Source: an uncultured Erythrobacter sp. (GTDB taxonomy: Bacteria; Pseudomonadota; Alphaproteobacteria; Sphingomonadales; Sphingomonadaceae). Taken from it: a DNA stretch of 64,000 nt. Below, piece by piece: positions 9,687 to 20,568 of this stretch; positions within the stretch are counted from its first letter, which is position 1; every line of letters starts with the position of its first letter. The stretch is from positions 2,719,407 to 2,783,406 of the forward strand of contig CANMTU010000001.1 in assembly GCA_947501005.1 (NCBI GenBank), written 5' to 3'. Position numbers and translations under genes: made by a program. Under the pieces are notes generated by a model. It was given only the letters and a program-made list of their open reading frames with translations. It was not told the origin of the DNA and made no database searches.

Positions 9687-10661
9687 ATGAACTCTCCTGC
9701 CGAAAACCCGCTCGACCGCGTCCTCGTCCTCGAACTCGTTCGGGTCACCGAAGCGGCGGCGGTCGCGGCAAGCAAGCTGATCGGCCGGGGCGACGAGAAG
9801 GCCGCCGACGCCGCCGCGGTCGAAGCGATGCGCAAGGCGTTCGACACGCTCGAGATCGACGGGACGGTGGTGATCGGCGAGGGCGAGCGGGACGAGGCGC
9901 CGATGCTGTTCATCGGAGAGAAGGTCGGCGGCGCGCCGGGTCGCGGGCCCAAGATCGACATCGCGCTCGATCCGCTGGAAGGCACCACTATCACCGCCAA
10001 GGCGGGGCCCAACTCGCTCGCCGTCCTCGCGGCGAGCGCGCAGGGCTGCCTCCTCAACGCGCCCGACGTCTATATGGACAAGCTGGCCGTCGGCCCCGGC
10101 TATCCCGAAGGCATCATCAGCCTCGACAAGACGCCGACCGAGAACGTGAAGGCGGTGGCCGAGGCGAAGGGCGTCGCCCCGTCGGACATCATCGTCTGCG
10201 TGCTCGACCGCCCGCGGCATGAGGATTTGATCGCGGAGCTGCGCGGGATCGGCTGCGGCGTGGTGCTGATCGGCGACGGCGACGTGGCTGGCGTGATCGC
10301 CACCACCGACGAAAGCACCACGATCGACATGTATATGGGCTCGGGCGGGGCGCCCGAAGGGGTGCTGGCCGCCGCCGCCCTGCGCTGCGTCGGCGGGCAG
10401 TTCAACGGCCGCCTCACCTTCCGCAATGATGACGAGCGCGGGCGCGCGGCAAAATGGGGGATCGAGGATCTCGACCGCATCTACACCCGCGACGATCTGG
10501 TGAAGGGTGACTGCATCTTCGCAGCCACCGGCGTGACCTCAGGGTCGCTGCTCGAAGGCGTGAAATACCGCCGCGACGGCACGATGACGACCGAAAGCGT
10601 GGTGATGCGGGCAAGTTCGGGCACGGTGCGCTGGATCAAGGGCGAACACCGCCGCGACTAA
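9687..10661 (+). CDS. glpX: Class II fructose-1,6-bisphosphatase
   Basis: VVIGEGERDEAPMLFIGE, DIALDPLEGT, GGAPEGVLAAAAL. Confidence 0.96.
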   Translation: MNSPAENPLDRVLVLELVRVTEAAAVAASKLIGRGDEKAADAAAVEAMRKAFDTLEIDGTVVIGEGERDEAPMLFIGEKVGGAPGRGPKIDIALDPLEGTTITAKAGPNSLAVLAASAQGCLLNAPDVYMDKLAVGPGYPEGIISLDKTPTENVKAVAEAKGVAPSDIIVCVLDRPRHEDLIAELRGIGCGVVLIGDGDVAGVIATTDESTTIDMYMGSGGAPEGVLAAAALRCVGGQFNGRLTFRNDDERGRAAKWGIEDLDRIYTRDDLVKGDCIFAATGVTSGSLLEGVKYRRDGTMTTESVVMRASSGTVRWIKGEHRRD

Positions 10662-10746
10662 GGCCTCGCGGCCAGCGGTCGCAGGCTGCCGTTAAGGACT
10701 GCAGGACAGGCGGGGCATCCGCCGCATAATCGAGGATACACCCCGC

Positions 10747-11682
10747 ATGAAGATCATGGCCGCCAATTCGAACCTGCCGCTTGCCCGGGCGATTGCAGGC
10801 TATCTCGAGATGCCGCTGGTCAATGCGGACGTGCGCCGCTTCGCGGACGAGGAGATCTTCGTCGAGGTGCACGAGAACGTGCGCGGCGAGGATGTGTTCG
10901 TCGTCCAGTCGACCAGCTATCCCGCGAACGACAATCTGATGGAGCTGCTGATCTGCATCGACGCGCTCAAACGCTCGTCGGCGCGGCGGATCACGGCGGT
11001 GGTGCCCTACTTCGGCTATGCCCGGCAGGACCGCAAGCCCGGCCCGCGCACGCCGATCTCGGCCAAGCTGGTCGCCAACCTCATTACCGAGGCGGGTGCC
11101 GACCGGGTGCTGGCGGTCGACCTGCATGCAGGGCAAATCCAGGGCTTCTTCGACATCCCGACCGACAACCTCTATGCCGCGCCCGTCATGGCGGCGGACA
11201 TTCAGGCGCGTTACGGCGATCAGGATCTGATGGTCGTCTCCCCTGACGTCGGCGGCGTGGTGCGCGCGCGCGCACTGGCCAAGCGGCTCGACAACGCGCC
11301 GCTCGCCATCGTCGACAAGCGGCGCGACCGGCCGGGCGAATCCGAAGTCATGAACATCATCGGCGAGGTCTCGGGCCGGCACTGCATCCTGATCGATGAC
11401 ATCGTCGATTCGGGCGGAACCCTGTGCAACGCCGCCCAGGCCCTGCTCGACCAGGGCGCGGCGAGCGTTGCGGCCTATATCACCCACGGCGTGCTGTCGG
11501 GCGGCGCGGTGGCGCGGGTCGACAAGTCGGCGCTGAAGGAACTGGTCATCACCGATTCGATCCGCCCGACCGACGATGCCAAGGCCTCGGACCGCATCCG
11601 CATCCTCACCATCGCCCCCCTGATCGGCGAGGCGGTCCGCCGCATCGCCGACGAAAGCTCCGTCTCCAGCCTGTTCGATTGA
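10747..11682 (+). CDS. prs: Ribose-phosphate pyrophosphokinase
   Basis: [37 protein letters not shown]-binding motif. Confidence 0.97.
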   Translation: MKIMAANSNLPLARAIAGYLEMPLVNADVRRFADEEIFVEVHENVRGEDVFVVQSTSYPANDNLMELLICIDALKRSSARRITAVVPYFGYARQDRKPGPRTPISAKLVANLITEAGADRVLAVDLHAGQIQGFFDIPTDNLYAAPVMAADIQARYGDQDLMVVSPDVGGVVRARALAKRLDNAPLAIVDKRRDRPGESEVMNIIGEVSGRHCILIDDIVDSGGTLCNAAQALLDQGAASVAAYITHGVLSGGAVARVDKSALKELVITDSIRPTDDAKASDRIRILTIAPLIGEAVRRIADESSVSSLFD

Positions 11683-12206
11683 TGCGATCCCTCGATCCGT
11701 TCGATCAGGATCCTTTCAACGAAGATATGCGCGAGGCTTTGCGGTTCCTGCGCGAACAACATCTTGCGGGGATTGAGACCGACGACGAACAGGCTTTGAT
11801 TCTCGCTACGGAACAAGGGAGATATTTGATCCTAGGCGGCGGCGCCGTGGTAGCGAGCGCGCTGACTTTCTTCGTCGAAGCCCGACCAGCAATCTGTTGG
11901 CTGGTTCTCACGATGTGTCTTGCCCTAGTTTCGATCGCCTGCGGTTATTGCAGCAACGAAAGGCTGATAACGCTTCGCTGGACTAGAATTAACCGCCGTT
12001 TTTCGAATTTAAGAGCGTTCACGCATGCATGGCTTTCCGATCGAGAACCGATAAGATCGACCGTGAATTTGCAATCGGCTCATGACAAGCGGACAAAAGC
12101 ATTTGGCGCCGAAGACAAAGTCAGTGCATCGATGCGTCGCTTCCGGGTCGTCGGTGCGATTGGCCTATCCCTCTCCGTCGTTTGTTTTGGTGTCCATCTT
12201 TCCTAG
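11682..12206 (+). CDS. Hypothetical membrane protein (about 3 TM), lower GC
   Basis: Start overlaps the prs stop (TGATG); three hydrophobic segments; visibly more AT-rich than its neighbours. Confidence 0.6.
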   Translation: MRSLDPFDQDPFNEDMREALRFLREQHLAGIETDDEQALILATEQGRYLILGGGAVVASALTFFVEARPAICWLVLTMCLALVSIACGYCSNERLITLRWTRINRRFSNLRAFTHAWLSDREPIRSTVNLQSAHDKRTKAFGAEDKVSASMRRFRVVGAIGLSLSVVCFGVHLS

Positions 12207-12218
12207 GGAAGCCGTGTT

Positions 12219-13004
12219 TTGAAGTTCGATACCGAAATCGCCATTGCCCAGCGTCTCGCCGATGCCGCGCGCGAGGAAATCCGCCCGCGTTTCCGCGCCG
12301 AGTTCGAAAGCACGACGAAGGGGGATGCCTCGCCCGTGACCGAGGTGGACCGGGCGGCGGAACAGGCCATGCGCCGCATTCTCGAGGCGGACCTGCCGCA
12401 GGATGGCGTGGTCGGCGAGGAATTCGGCATCAGCGAAGGGCGCTCGGGCCGGCAATGGGTACTCGATCCGATCGACGGCACGATCAGCTTCATGGCCGGG
12501 CGGCCGATCTTCGGCACGCTGATCGCGCTGCTGGAAGACGGCTGGCCGGTGCTGGGCATTATCGACCAGCCGATCAGCGGCGAACGCTGGGTCGGCCGGA
12601 TCGGGGCGCCCACCACGCTGAACGGCAAACCCGTCCGCACCCGCCGCTGCCGCGCGCTGGAAGATGCGACGCTGGCCACCAGTAGCCCTCATTATTTCGA
12701 CGCCAGCCAGGCCGAAGCCTATATGGCGCTGGCCCAGAAGGTCGCCGGCAACAAGCGGCAGGGCATGATCGTCTATGGCGGGGATTGCTACAATTACGGC
12801 CTGCTCGCCGGCGGGCATATCGACATCGTGTGCGAGGCGGGACTCGAACTGTTCGACTACGCCGCGCTGGTCCCCATCGTGGAGGGTGCGGGCGGCCTCG
12901 TGTCGGACTGGCAGGGCAATCCGCTCGACGCGAAGAGCGACGGCACCATCATCGCGCTGGGCGAACCGGCCCGGCTGGAGGACGTGCTCGAAGCGATGGG
13001 CTGA
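12219..13004 (+). CDS. hisN: Histidinol-phosphatase, inositol monophosphatase family
   Basis: GEEFG, WVLDPIDGT, LFDYAALVPIVEGAGG IMPase motifs; TTG start. Confidence 0.85.
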   Translation: MKFDTEIAIAQRLADAAREEIRPRFRAEFESTTKGDASPVTEVDRAAEQAMRRILEADLPQDGVVGEEFGISEGRSGRQWVLDPIDGTISFMAGRPIFGTLIALLEDGWPVLGIIDQPISGERWVGRIGAPTTLNGKPVRTRRCRALEDATLATSSPHYFDASQAEAYMALAQKVAGNKRQGMIVYGGDCYNYGLLAGGHIDIVCEAGLELFDYAALVPIVEGAGGLVSDWQGNPLDAKSDGTIIALGEPARLEDVLEAMG

Positions 13005-13031
13005 CCCCGCCGGGGCGTCCGGTTCAAAGCT

Positions 13032-13574
13032 TTAAAGCGCCAGGTTCACCCGCACGCCGATCGTGTCGATGCCGGGGTTCTGCTCGCTGTTGAACAGGCG
13101 CGCATTGCTGATGTGGACCCAGCTCGCCTCCACCGAAGCGCCGCGCCCGAGGTCCAGGCCCAACGCGATTTCCGGCTCGAACAGGATGCGGCTGCCGAGA
13201 TCGGTGCGGATACGGGTCGCGGGATCGACCCGAACCGAGGGCGCGTCGTGGATAACGAGGCCGACGCCGGGCCGCAGATAGAACCGCTCGCCCAGTTCCG
13301 CCTTCCAGCTCAGCCCCGCGCCGGCGAAATTGGTGTCGCGCGACAGATTGACCGAGGCGAACACGTAAGGCTGCGGCCCGCCGAGGAAGTCCAGCCCCTC
13401 GAGCTCGTCGAAGCGGTAGCCGGCTTGCAGATCGACCCCGCTCTCGCCGGTGTCGAAGGTGAACGGCGTGTCCACCCCATGCGCATAGACGCCGCCATAG
13501 ATCTCGTCCGCAAAAGCGGGTGAGGCCACGAAAGCCAGCGGGGCGGCAAGCAGCAGAGCGTGACGTTTGGGCAA
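13032..13574 (-). CDS. Acyloxyacyl hydrolase / PagL-like outer membrane beta-barrel
   Basis: Signal peptide; LGSRILFEPEIALG and HISNA..NPGID C-terminal motif typical of PagL-like deacylases. Confidence 0.8.
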   Translation of the reverse strand: MPKRHALLLAAPLAFVASPAFADEIYGGVYAHGVDTPFTFDTGESGVDLQAGYRFDELEGLDFLGGPQPYVFASVNLSRDTNFAGAGLSWKAELGERFYLRPGVGLVIHDAPSVRVDPATRIRTDLGSRILFEPEIALGLDLGRGASVEASWVHISNARLFNSEQNPGIDTIGVRVNLAL

Positions 13575-13929
13575 TTCTCGTCCTTTCGGTTCCGCGCCCC
13601 TCTTGCGCGTGCGGGGCTTTCCCGCAGCTTAAGGCTTCGAGGCGTTGCTGTCGCGCTATCGCATCCTTGTTCCATCTTGACCGGACCAGCCGGATTATCG
13701 GAGATTGGGAAACCCGCGCCGTACTGCGGAGCTGTTTACCGATCACGACCGGGCCAACGAGCGGTTGCGGCATGTGCGCCGGGCGGATCGCGCGTTCGAT
13801 GGCGGGATTGCCGTTGCGGCCTCTTCCTCGACCGCCTTGGACACGTAAAGACCAATCGGCCATGCACCCTCCCCCCGCCCATACGCGCCTCGACACGGCA
13901 CTCCTTCCGCCCCGCGTCGTTCAACCCGC

Positions 13930-14694
13930 ATGACAGACCGAAAGACAGTGCTCGTCACCGGCGGAGGGAACGGCATCGGCCGGGCCATCGTCATGCATTT
14001 CCACGGCCTCGGGTGGCGCGTCGTCGGTCTCGATACCGACGAGGAGGCGCTGGAGGAACTGGCCGCCGCAATCCCGCGCGGCGATGCGCTGTTCCTGCCC
14101 TGCGACGTCGGCAACGAGGAGATGGTTGCGGACGCATTCGGCAAACTCGAAGCCTGGCTGGAGGGCAACGGCCTCGACCTCGTGGTCAACAATGCGGGCA
14201 TCGCCGATCCCTACTGCGGCCCGCTGGAGAATCTGGCGCTCGAGGAATGGCGGCGCTGGCTCGATGCCTCGCTGACCGCGACCTTCCTCGTCAGCCGCGC
14301 CGCCGTGCCGCTCCTGCGCCGCTGCGCCGGCGCGGCCATCGTCAACATCTCCTCCACCCGCGCGGTGATGAGCGAGCGGGAAAGCTTCGCCTATGCCGCG
14401 TCCAAGGGCGGGATCGACGCGCTGACCCATGCGATGGCGGTGTCGCTCGGGCCGGAAATAAGGGTGAACGCCATCCGCCCCGGCTGGATCGAGACCCGCG
14501 ACTGGCAAAAGGCGAGCGACCGCGAGGAACCCGAACACCGCCCGCAGGACCGGGACCAGCATCCGGCAGGCCGCGTCGGCCGGCCAGAAGACATCGCGGA
14601 AGGCGTCGAATATTTCTATCGTGCCGGTTTCACCACGGGGCAGCATCTCAACATCGATGGCGGCATGACCGTGAAGATGATCTACGAACATTGA
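13930..14694 (+). CDS. SDR family oxidoreductase
   Basis: TGGGNGIG, NNAG, YAASK. Confidence 0.92.
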   Translation: MTDRKTVLVTGGGNGIGRAIVMHFHGLGWRVVGLDTDEEALEELAAAIPRGDALFLPCDVGNEEMVADAFGKLEAWLEGNGLDLVVNNAGIADPYCGPLENLALEEWRRWLDASLTATFLVSRAAVPLLRRCAGAAIVNISSTRAVMSERESFAYAASKGGIDALTHAMAVSLGPEIRVNAIRPGWIETRDWQKASDREEPEHRPQDRDQHPAGRVGRPEDIAEGVEYFYRAGFTTGQHLNIDGGMTVKMIYEH

Positions 14695-14695
14695 T

Positions 14696-15442
14696 ATGGA
14701 ACCTGCCGGACTGGAAGGGCGCGTCGCATTGGTCACCGGTGCGGCGCGCGGATTGGGCTTCGCCGTCGCCGATCGGCTGGCGCGGGGCGGCGCGCGCGTG
14801 CTGCTAGGCGGGCGGGAACGGGCGACGCTCGAACAGGCGGCGGCACGGATCGATGGCGACGTTCGGCCGCTGCCGTTCGACATCACCGACGACGGGTCGA
14901 GCGCCGCGGCGTTCGACTGGATCGCGAGCAATGGCGGGCTCGCCATCCTGATCAACAATGTCGGCCAGCGCGACCGGCGCGGCTTGGATGCCCTTGAGCG
15001 CGGCGACATGACCGCCCTGCTCGATGCCAACCTCGTCGCCCCGTTCGACCTTGCGCGCCGGGCGGCGCGGTTGATGCAGGCCAAAGGCTATGGGCGGATC
15101 GTCAACGTCACCTCGATCGCGGCCGAGATCGCGCGCGGCGATGTCCTCTACACCGCGAGCAAGGGCGGGCTCGCGGCGCTGACCCGCGCGCTGGCGGCCG
15201 AGCTCGGGCCGCACGGCATCACGGTCAACTCGGTCGCGCCGGGCTATTTCGCGACCGAGGCGAATGCCGATATGGTCGCGGACCCCGAGGTGAGCGCGCA
15301 TCTCGCCCGGCGCACCTCGCTCGGTCGGTGGGGCGAACCGCACGAGATCGCCGGGGCGGTGGCCTTCCTCGCATCGGGCGATGCAAGCTACGTCACCGGG
15401 CAGACGATCGCGGTCGATGGCGGCTATCTCGCCCACTTCTGA
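14696..15442 (+). CDS. SDR family oxidoreductase
   Basis: TGAARGLG, NNVG, YTASK. Confidence 0.92.
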   Translation: MEPAGLEGRVALVTGAARGLGFAVADRLARGGARVLLGGRERATLEQAAARIDGDVRPLPFDITDDGSSAAAFDWIASNGGLAILINNVGQRDRRGLDALERGDMTALLDANLVAPFDLARRAARLMQAKGYGRIVNVTSIAAEIARGDVLYTASKGGLAALTRALAAELGPHGITVNSVAPGYFATEANADMVADPEVSAHLARRTSLGRWGEPHEIAGAVAFLASGDASYVTGQTIAVDGGYLAHF

Positions 15443-15561
15443 CTTGCAATTCGCGCGGCAGGCGGTATCCCGCGCGGCTTCACCGACACGTGATTCATCT
15501 GCCGGTCTGGCCGTAAGGGCTGCCAGGGCTGGTACGGCGTGTCCCCGAACAGGAGACGAAA

Positions 15562-15765
15562 ATGCCCAAACTGAAGACCAAGAGCGGCGTGAAGAAACGC
15601 TTCAAGCTCACCGCGACCGGCAAGGTCAAGCACGGTGTGGCCGGCAAGCGCCACCGCCTGATCAGCCACAATGCGAAGTATATCCGTCAACAGCGCGGGA
15701 CCAAGGTTCTGGCCAAGGCCGATTGGGCCGCGGTCAAGAAATGGGCCCCCTACGGCCTCGATTGA
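15562..15765 (+). CDS. rpmI: 50S ribosomal protein L35
   Basis: [22 protein letters not shown]. Confidence 0.98.
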   Translation: MPKLKTKSGVKKRFKLTATGKVKHGVAGKRHRLISHNAKYIRQQRGTKVLAKADWAAVKKWAPYGLD

Positions 15766-15791
15766 GCGCCCCGAGCTAAGGAGAAGACGAT

Positions 15792-16151
15792 ATGCCTCGC
15801 ATCAAACGCGGCGTTACCACGCGCCAGAAGCACAAGCGGCTATTGGATCAGGCCAAGGGTTACCGCGGCCGCCGCAAGAACACCATCCGCGTCGCGCGCC
15901 AGGCGGTCGAGAAGGCCGGCCAGTACGCCTATCGCGACCGCAAGGTTAAGAAGCGCAATTTCCGCGCCCTGTGGATTCAGCGCATCAACGCCGCCGTTCG
16001 TCAGGAAGGCCTGACCTATTCGCAGTTCATGCACGGCACCAAGCTGGCCGGCATCGAGCTCGATCGCAAGGTAATGGCCGATCTCGCCATGAACGAGGGC
16101 GCCGCATTCAGCGCCATCATCAAGCAGGCGAAGGACGCTCTGCCCGCGTAA
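15792..16151 (+). CDS. rplT: 50S ribosomal protein L20
   Basis: MPRIKRGVT; [23 protein letters not shown]. Confidence 0.98.
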   Translation: MPRIKRGVTTRQKHKRLLDQAKGYRGRRKNTIRVARQAVEKAGQYAYRDRKVKKRNFRALWIQRINAAVRQEGLTYSQFMHGTKLAGIELDRKVMADLAMNEGAAFSAIIKQAKDALPA

Positions 16152-16165
16152 GCGGGCCGGGGGCC

Positions 16166-16220
16166 GCCTGTCCCGAGCCTGTCGAAGGGCTCTGCCCGCC
16201 TGAACCGGCGACAGGTTTCG
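16166..16220. repeat. Short palindromic REP-like element
   Basis: GAGCCTGTCGAAGGG arm with a complementary CGACAGG arm about 25 nt downstream; resembles GAGCTTGTCGAAGG-type intergenic repeats of alphaproteobacteria (recalled, not searched). Confidence 0.45.
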
Positions 16221-16229
16221 AATTCAGCG

Positions 16230-16265
16230 AGCGCCATTCCCGACCGCCGGGGGTGGCGCTTTTTC
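16230..16265 (+). terminator. Intrinsic terminator after rplT
   Basis: AGCGCCA...TGGCGCT stem followed by TTTT. Confidence 0.65.
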
Positions 16266-16291
16266 TTTGCCGCCATTATCGGGCACGGGTT

Positions 16292-17431
16292 ATGAGCCAG
16301 GAACACGAACACAAGGTCGCCGAAACCCTCGACGCGCTCGGCCGCGCCGGGACGATCGAGGCCGTCGAAGCCATCCGGATCGAGGCGCTGGGCAAGCAGG
16401 GCTGGCTGAGCGGGCTGATGAAGACGCTCGGCAAGATGAGCCCGGAGGAACGGCAGGTCGAGGCACCGCGCATCCAGGCGCTGCGCACGCAGGTGGCCGA
16501 TGCACTGGCCGAGCGGAAAGCCGTGCTGGAAGAGGCGGCGCTGACGGCGCAGCTTGTCGGCGAGCGGCTGGATCTCACCCTCCCCGCCCCCGAAGCACCG
16601 AAGGGCAGTGTCCACCCGGTCAGCCAAGTGATGGACGAGCTGGCGGAAATCTTCGCCGATCTCGGCTTCTCGGTCGCCACCGGGCCGGAGATCGAGGACG
16701 ACTGGCACAATTTCACCGCGCTCAACATGGCCGAGACCCATCCGGCCCGCGCGATGCACGACACGTTCTACTTCCCGGATCAAGATTCTGTGACGGTGCC
16801 CGCCTCAAGTAGCGAAGCGGTAGGTGAAAAAAGACGCATGCTGCTCCGCACCCACACCAGCCCGGTGCAGATCCGCTCGCTGGTCGAACAGGGCGCGCCC
16901 ATTCGCATCATCGCGCCAGGCCGCGTCTATCGCAGCGACAGCGACGCCACGCACACGCCGATGTTCCATCAAGTCGAAGGGCTGGTGATCGATCGCGATA
17001 TCCATCTCGGCCATCTGAAATGGACGCTGGAGACCTTCCTCAAGGCCTTCTTCGAGCGGGACGACATCGTGTTGCGCCTGCGCCCGAGCTATTTCCCCTT
17101 CACCGAACCCAGCGTCGAGGTCGATGTCGGATTCGCGGTGGAGAACGGGCGGCGCGTGCTCGGCGGTAGCGGGGACGATGACGGGCATGGCTGGATGGAA
17201 CTTCTCGGCAGCGGCATGGTCAACCGCCGGGTGATCGAATTCGCCGGCCTCGATCCGGACGAGTGGCAGGGGTTCGCCTGGGGCCTCGGCGTCGACCGGC
17301 TGGCCATGCTGAAATACGGGATGGACGATCTGCGCGCCTTCTTCGACGGCGACAATCGCTGGCTGGCGCATTACGGCTTCTCCGCCTTCGACCAGCCGAC
17401 CCTTTCCGCCGGCGTGGGAGCAAAGGCATGA
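16292..17431 (+). CDS. pheS: Phenylalanine-tRNA ligase alpha subunit
   Basis: [40 protein letters not shown]. Confidence 0.98.
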   Translation: MSQEHEHKVAETLDALGRAGTIEAVEAIRIEALGKQGWLSGLMKTLGKMSPEERQVEAPRIQALRTQVADALAERKAVLEEAALTAQLVGERLDLTLPAPEAPKGSVHPVSQVMDELAEIFADLGFSVATGPEIEDDWHNFTALNMAETHPARAMHDTFYFPDQDSVTVPASSSEAVGEKRRMLLRTHTSPVQIRSLVEQGAPIRIIAPGRVYRSDSDATHTPMFHQVEGLVIDRDIHLGHLKWTLETFLKAFFERDDIVLRLRPSYFPFTEPSVEVDVGFAVENGRRVLGGSGDDDGHGWMELLGSGMVNRRVIEFAGLDPDEWQGFAWGLGVDRLAMLKYGMDDLRAFFDGDNRWLAHYGFSAFDQPTLSAGVGAKA

Positions 17432-19818
17432 AGTTCTCGCTCGAATGGCTGGCCGAATTTCTCGAAACCGACGCCTCGGCCGAGGAGATCGCCGCCGCGC
17501 TCAACCGCATCGGCCACGAAGTCGAGGGGGTGGACGATCCCGCGCGCAAGCTCGAAGGCTTCCGCGTGGCCAGCGTGCTGACCGCCGCGCCCCATCCGGA
17601 TGCCGACAAGCTGCAGGTCCTCACCGTCGATACCGGAGAAGGCGAACCGCTCACCGTGGTCTGCGGCGCGCCCAATGCGCGCGCGGGCATGAAGGGCGTG
17701 CTGGGCCTGCCCGGTGCGGTCGTTCCGGCGAATGGCATGGAATTGCGCAAGAGCGCGATCCGCGGCGTCGAATCCAATGGCATGATGTGCTCGGTCCGCG
17801 AACTGGAACTGGGCGACGAGCATGATGGCATCATCGAACTGCCCGAGGATGCGCCGGTCGGCCAGAGCTTTGCCGACTATCATGATGCCTCGCCGGTGTT
17901 CGACGTGGCGATCACGCCCAACCGGCCCGACTGCATGGGCGTCTACGGGATCGCGCGCGATCTGGCGGCGGCGGGCATCGGCACGCTGAAACCGATTGCG
18001 GTGCCGGACATCGCGCCGCAGGGTTCATGCCCGGTCGAGATCCGCACCGACGATCCCGCAGGCTGCCCGGCGTTTTACGGCCGGGCGGTGCGCGGCATCG
18101 CGAACGGCTCGAGCCCGCAATGGATCCAGCGCCGCCTGCTCGCCGCAGGGCAGCGTCCGATCAGTGCTGTGGTCGATATTACCAATTACGTGATGCTCGC
18201 CTTCGGGCGGCCCGCCCATGCCTACGATCTCGCCAGGCTGTCCGGCCCGGTGGTCGCCCGCCGCGCGAAAGAAGACGAGACGGTCGAGGCGCTGAACGAG
18301 AAGACCTACACGCTCGATCCGACGATGACGGTCATCGCCGACGATGCCGGCGTGCACGACATCGCCGGAATCATGGGCGGCGAACATTCCTCGGTTACCG
18401 CAGGCACGAGCGATGTGCTGCTCGAAATCGCCTATTTCGATCCCGAGCGCATCGGCGTGACAGGCCGCAGGCTTGGCCTCGCCACCGATGCGCGGACCCG
18501 CTTCGAGCGCGGGGTCGATCCCGCATTCCTCGACGACGGGCTGGCGATCCTCACCTCGCTGATCCAGTCAATCTGCGGGGGCGAGGCAAGCGCGGTCGTG
18601 CGGGCGGGCGAGCCGCCGGTCGCACCGCAGCTGCTGACCTTCGATCCGGCGCTGACCAAGCGACTCGGCGGGATCGACATCGCGGAAGGCGAGCAGCAGC
18701 GCATCCTCGAAGCGCTCGGTTTCGCGGTCGATGCGGACTGGCAGGTCACCGTGCCGCCCCGGCGCCACGATATCGAAGGGCCGGCCGATCTGGTCGAGGA
18801 AGTCGTCCGCATCCACGGACTGGACAAGGTGCAAAGCGTGCCCCTGCCCCGCCGCGAAGGCGTCGCCCTGCCGACAGCCTCCCCGCTGCAGAAGATCGAG
18901 CGCATGCTGCGCCGCTCCGCCGCCGCGCGGGGATTGAACGAGGCGGTGACGTGGAGTTTCCTGCCGACGGACGAGGCCGAGCATTTCTCGGACGGCGCGC
19001 CGCTTTGGGTGCTCGACAACCCGATCAGCGAGGACATGAAGGCGATGCGCCCATCGCTTATCCCCGGCCTGCTTGGCGCGGCAAAACGCAATGCCGATCG
19101 CGGCTTTGCCTCCAGCCGGCTGTTCGAGATCGGCCGCCGCTATTTCCGCGTCCAGAACGGCGCGAGCGACGAGAAGCCGACGCTCGGCATCGTTCTGGCG
19201 GGAAATCGTTCGGCGCGCGGCTGGGCGGACGGCAAGGCCAAGGGCTTCGACGCGTTCGACGCCAAGGCCGAGGCGATGGCGCTGCTCGAAGCCGCCGGTG
19301 CGCCGGTCGCCAATTTGATGGTGATGGGTGAGGCGGGCGAGCAGTTCCATCCCGGCCAGTCGGCCACCCTCCGGCTTGGACCCAAGACCATCCTCGCCCG
19401 CTTCGGCGCGCTGCATCCCCGCACATTGAAGGCGTTCGATATGGACGGGCCGGTGGTCGCGGTCGAGATCTTCCTCGATGCCATACCGGCCCGCAAGGGC
19501 ACGGCAGTTTTCGCGCGCGCCGCCTACGCTCCGCCCGCCCTGCAGGCGATCACGCGCGATTTCGCCTTCCTCGTGCCGGTGGACCTCGCCGCGGGCGAGC
19601 TTGTGAAAGCGGTGCGCGGGGCGGACAAGAAGGCCATCGTCGATGCGCAAGTGTTCGACGTGTTCGCCGGGCAGGGCGTACCCGAAGGGCGGAAATCGGT
19701 CGCGGTGGAAGTCACCCTGCAACCGGGCGACAAGAGCTTCACCGATGACGAGATCAAGGCGATCTCGGACCGGATCGTGGCGAACGCCGCCAAACAGAAT
19801 GCGGAGCTGAGAGCATGA
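17428..19818 (+). CDS. pheT: Phenylalanine-tRNA ligase beta subunit
   Basis: [24 protein letters not shown]-terminal FDX-ACB domain; ATGA overlap with pheS. Confidence 0.98.
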   Translation: MKFSLEWLAEFLETDASAEEIAAALNRIGHEVEGVDDPARKLEGFRVASVLTAAPHPDADKLQVLTVDTGEGEPLTVVCGAPNARAGMKGVLGLPGAVVPANGMELRKSAIRGVESNGMMCSVRELELGDEHDGIIELPEDAPVGQSFADYHDASPVFDVAITPNRPDCMGVYGIARDLAAAGIGTLKPIAVPDIAPQGSCPVEIRTDDPAGCPAFYGRAVRGIANGSSPQWIQRRLLAAGQRPISAVVDITNYVMLAFGRPAHAYDLARLSGPVVARRAKEDETVEALNEKTYTLDPTMTVIADDAGVHDIAGIMGGEHSSVTAGTSDVLLEIAYFDPERIGVTGRRLGLATDARTRFERGVDPAFLDDGLAILTSLIQSICGGEASAVVRAGEPPVAPQLLTFDPALTKRLGGIDIAEGEQQRILEALGFAVDADWQVTVPPRRHDIEGPADLVEEVVRIHGLDKVQSVPLPRREGVALPTASPLQKIERMLRRSAAARGLNEAVTWSFLPTDEAEHFSDGAPLWVLDNPISEDMKAMRPSLIPGLLGAAKRNADRGFASSRLFEIGRRYFRVQNGASDEKPTLGIVLAGNRSARGWADGKAKGFDAFDAKAEAMALLEAAGAPVANLMVMGEAGEQFHPGQSATLRLGPKTILARFGALHPRTLKAFDMDGPVVAVEIFLDAIPARKGTAVFARAAYAPPALQAITRDFAFLVPVDLAAGELVKAVRGADKKAIVDAQVFDVFAGQGVPEGRKSVAVEVTLQPGDKSFTDDEIKAISDRIVANAAKQNAELRA

Positions 19819-20558
19819 AGACGGCATTCGTAACCGGCGCCACTGCCGGGATCGGCGAGGCGACGGTGCGCGCACTGGTCGCCAATGGCTGGCGCTGCGT
19901 CGCCACCGGGCGGCGCAAGGAGCGGCTCGATGCACTGGTGCGTGAGTTGGGCGACGACAAGGTCCACCCCGCGGTGTTCGACGTGCGCGACGATGCGGCG
20001 ATGGACGAGGCGCTTGCCCGCCTGCCCGAGGCGTTTCGCGCGATCGACCTGCTGGTCAACAATGCCGGTCTCGCCCAGGGTCTCTCGCCCGCTCAGGATG
20101 CCGATCTGGATGACTGGCAGACCATGATCGACACCAATGTCACCGCGATGGTGCGGCTGACGCGCAAGCTGCTCCCCGGCCTGATTGCGCGCAAGGGCGC
20201 GATCATTACGCTGGGTTCGGTCGCGGGCAGCTACGTCTATCCCGGCGGCAACGTCTATGCCGGCTCCAAGGCCTTCGCCAATCACTTCACCCTCGCCCTG
20301 CGCGCCGACCTCCACGGCACCGGCGTGCGCGTGACCAGCATCGAGCCGGGCATGGTGGAGACGGAGTTCACCGTGGTGCGCACCGGCAGCCAGCAGGCGA
20401 GCGACGACCTCTATCGCGGCACCGACCCGATGACCGGCGAGGATATCGCGAACACCATCTTGTGGGTCGCGCAATTGCCGCCGCACCTCAATATTAACCG
20501 CCTCGAACTGATGCCGGTGAGCCAGGATTTCGCCGGCTTCCGGGTCGCGCGGGCCTGA
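19815..20558 (+). CDS. SDR family oxidoreductase (YdfG-like)
   Basis: TGATAGIG, NNAG, YAGSK, LPPHLNINRLELMP. Confidence 0.9.
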   Translation: MKTAFVTGATAGIGEATVRALVANGWRCVATGRRKERLDALVRELGDDKVHPAVFDVRDDAAMDEALARLPEAFRAIDLLVNNAGLAQGLSPAQDADLDDWQTMIDTNVTAMVRLTRKLLPGLIARKGAIITLGSVAGSYVYPGGNVYAGSKAFANHFTLALRADLHGTGVRVTSIEPGMVETEFTVVRTGSQQASDDLYRGTDPMTGEDIANTILWVAQLPPHLNINRLELMPVSQDFAGFRVARA

Positions 20559-20568
20559 AACGGAACCG

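Noticed and set aside
13575-13929. tmRNA, 6S, SRP or RNase P RNA in the long intergenic gap
   Set aside because: No tag peptide, SRP tetraloop motif or RNase P core sequence recognised on either strand.
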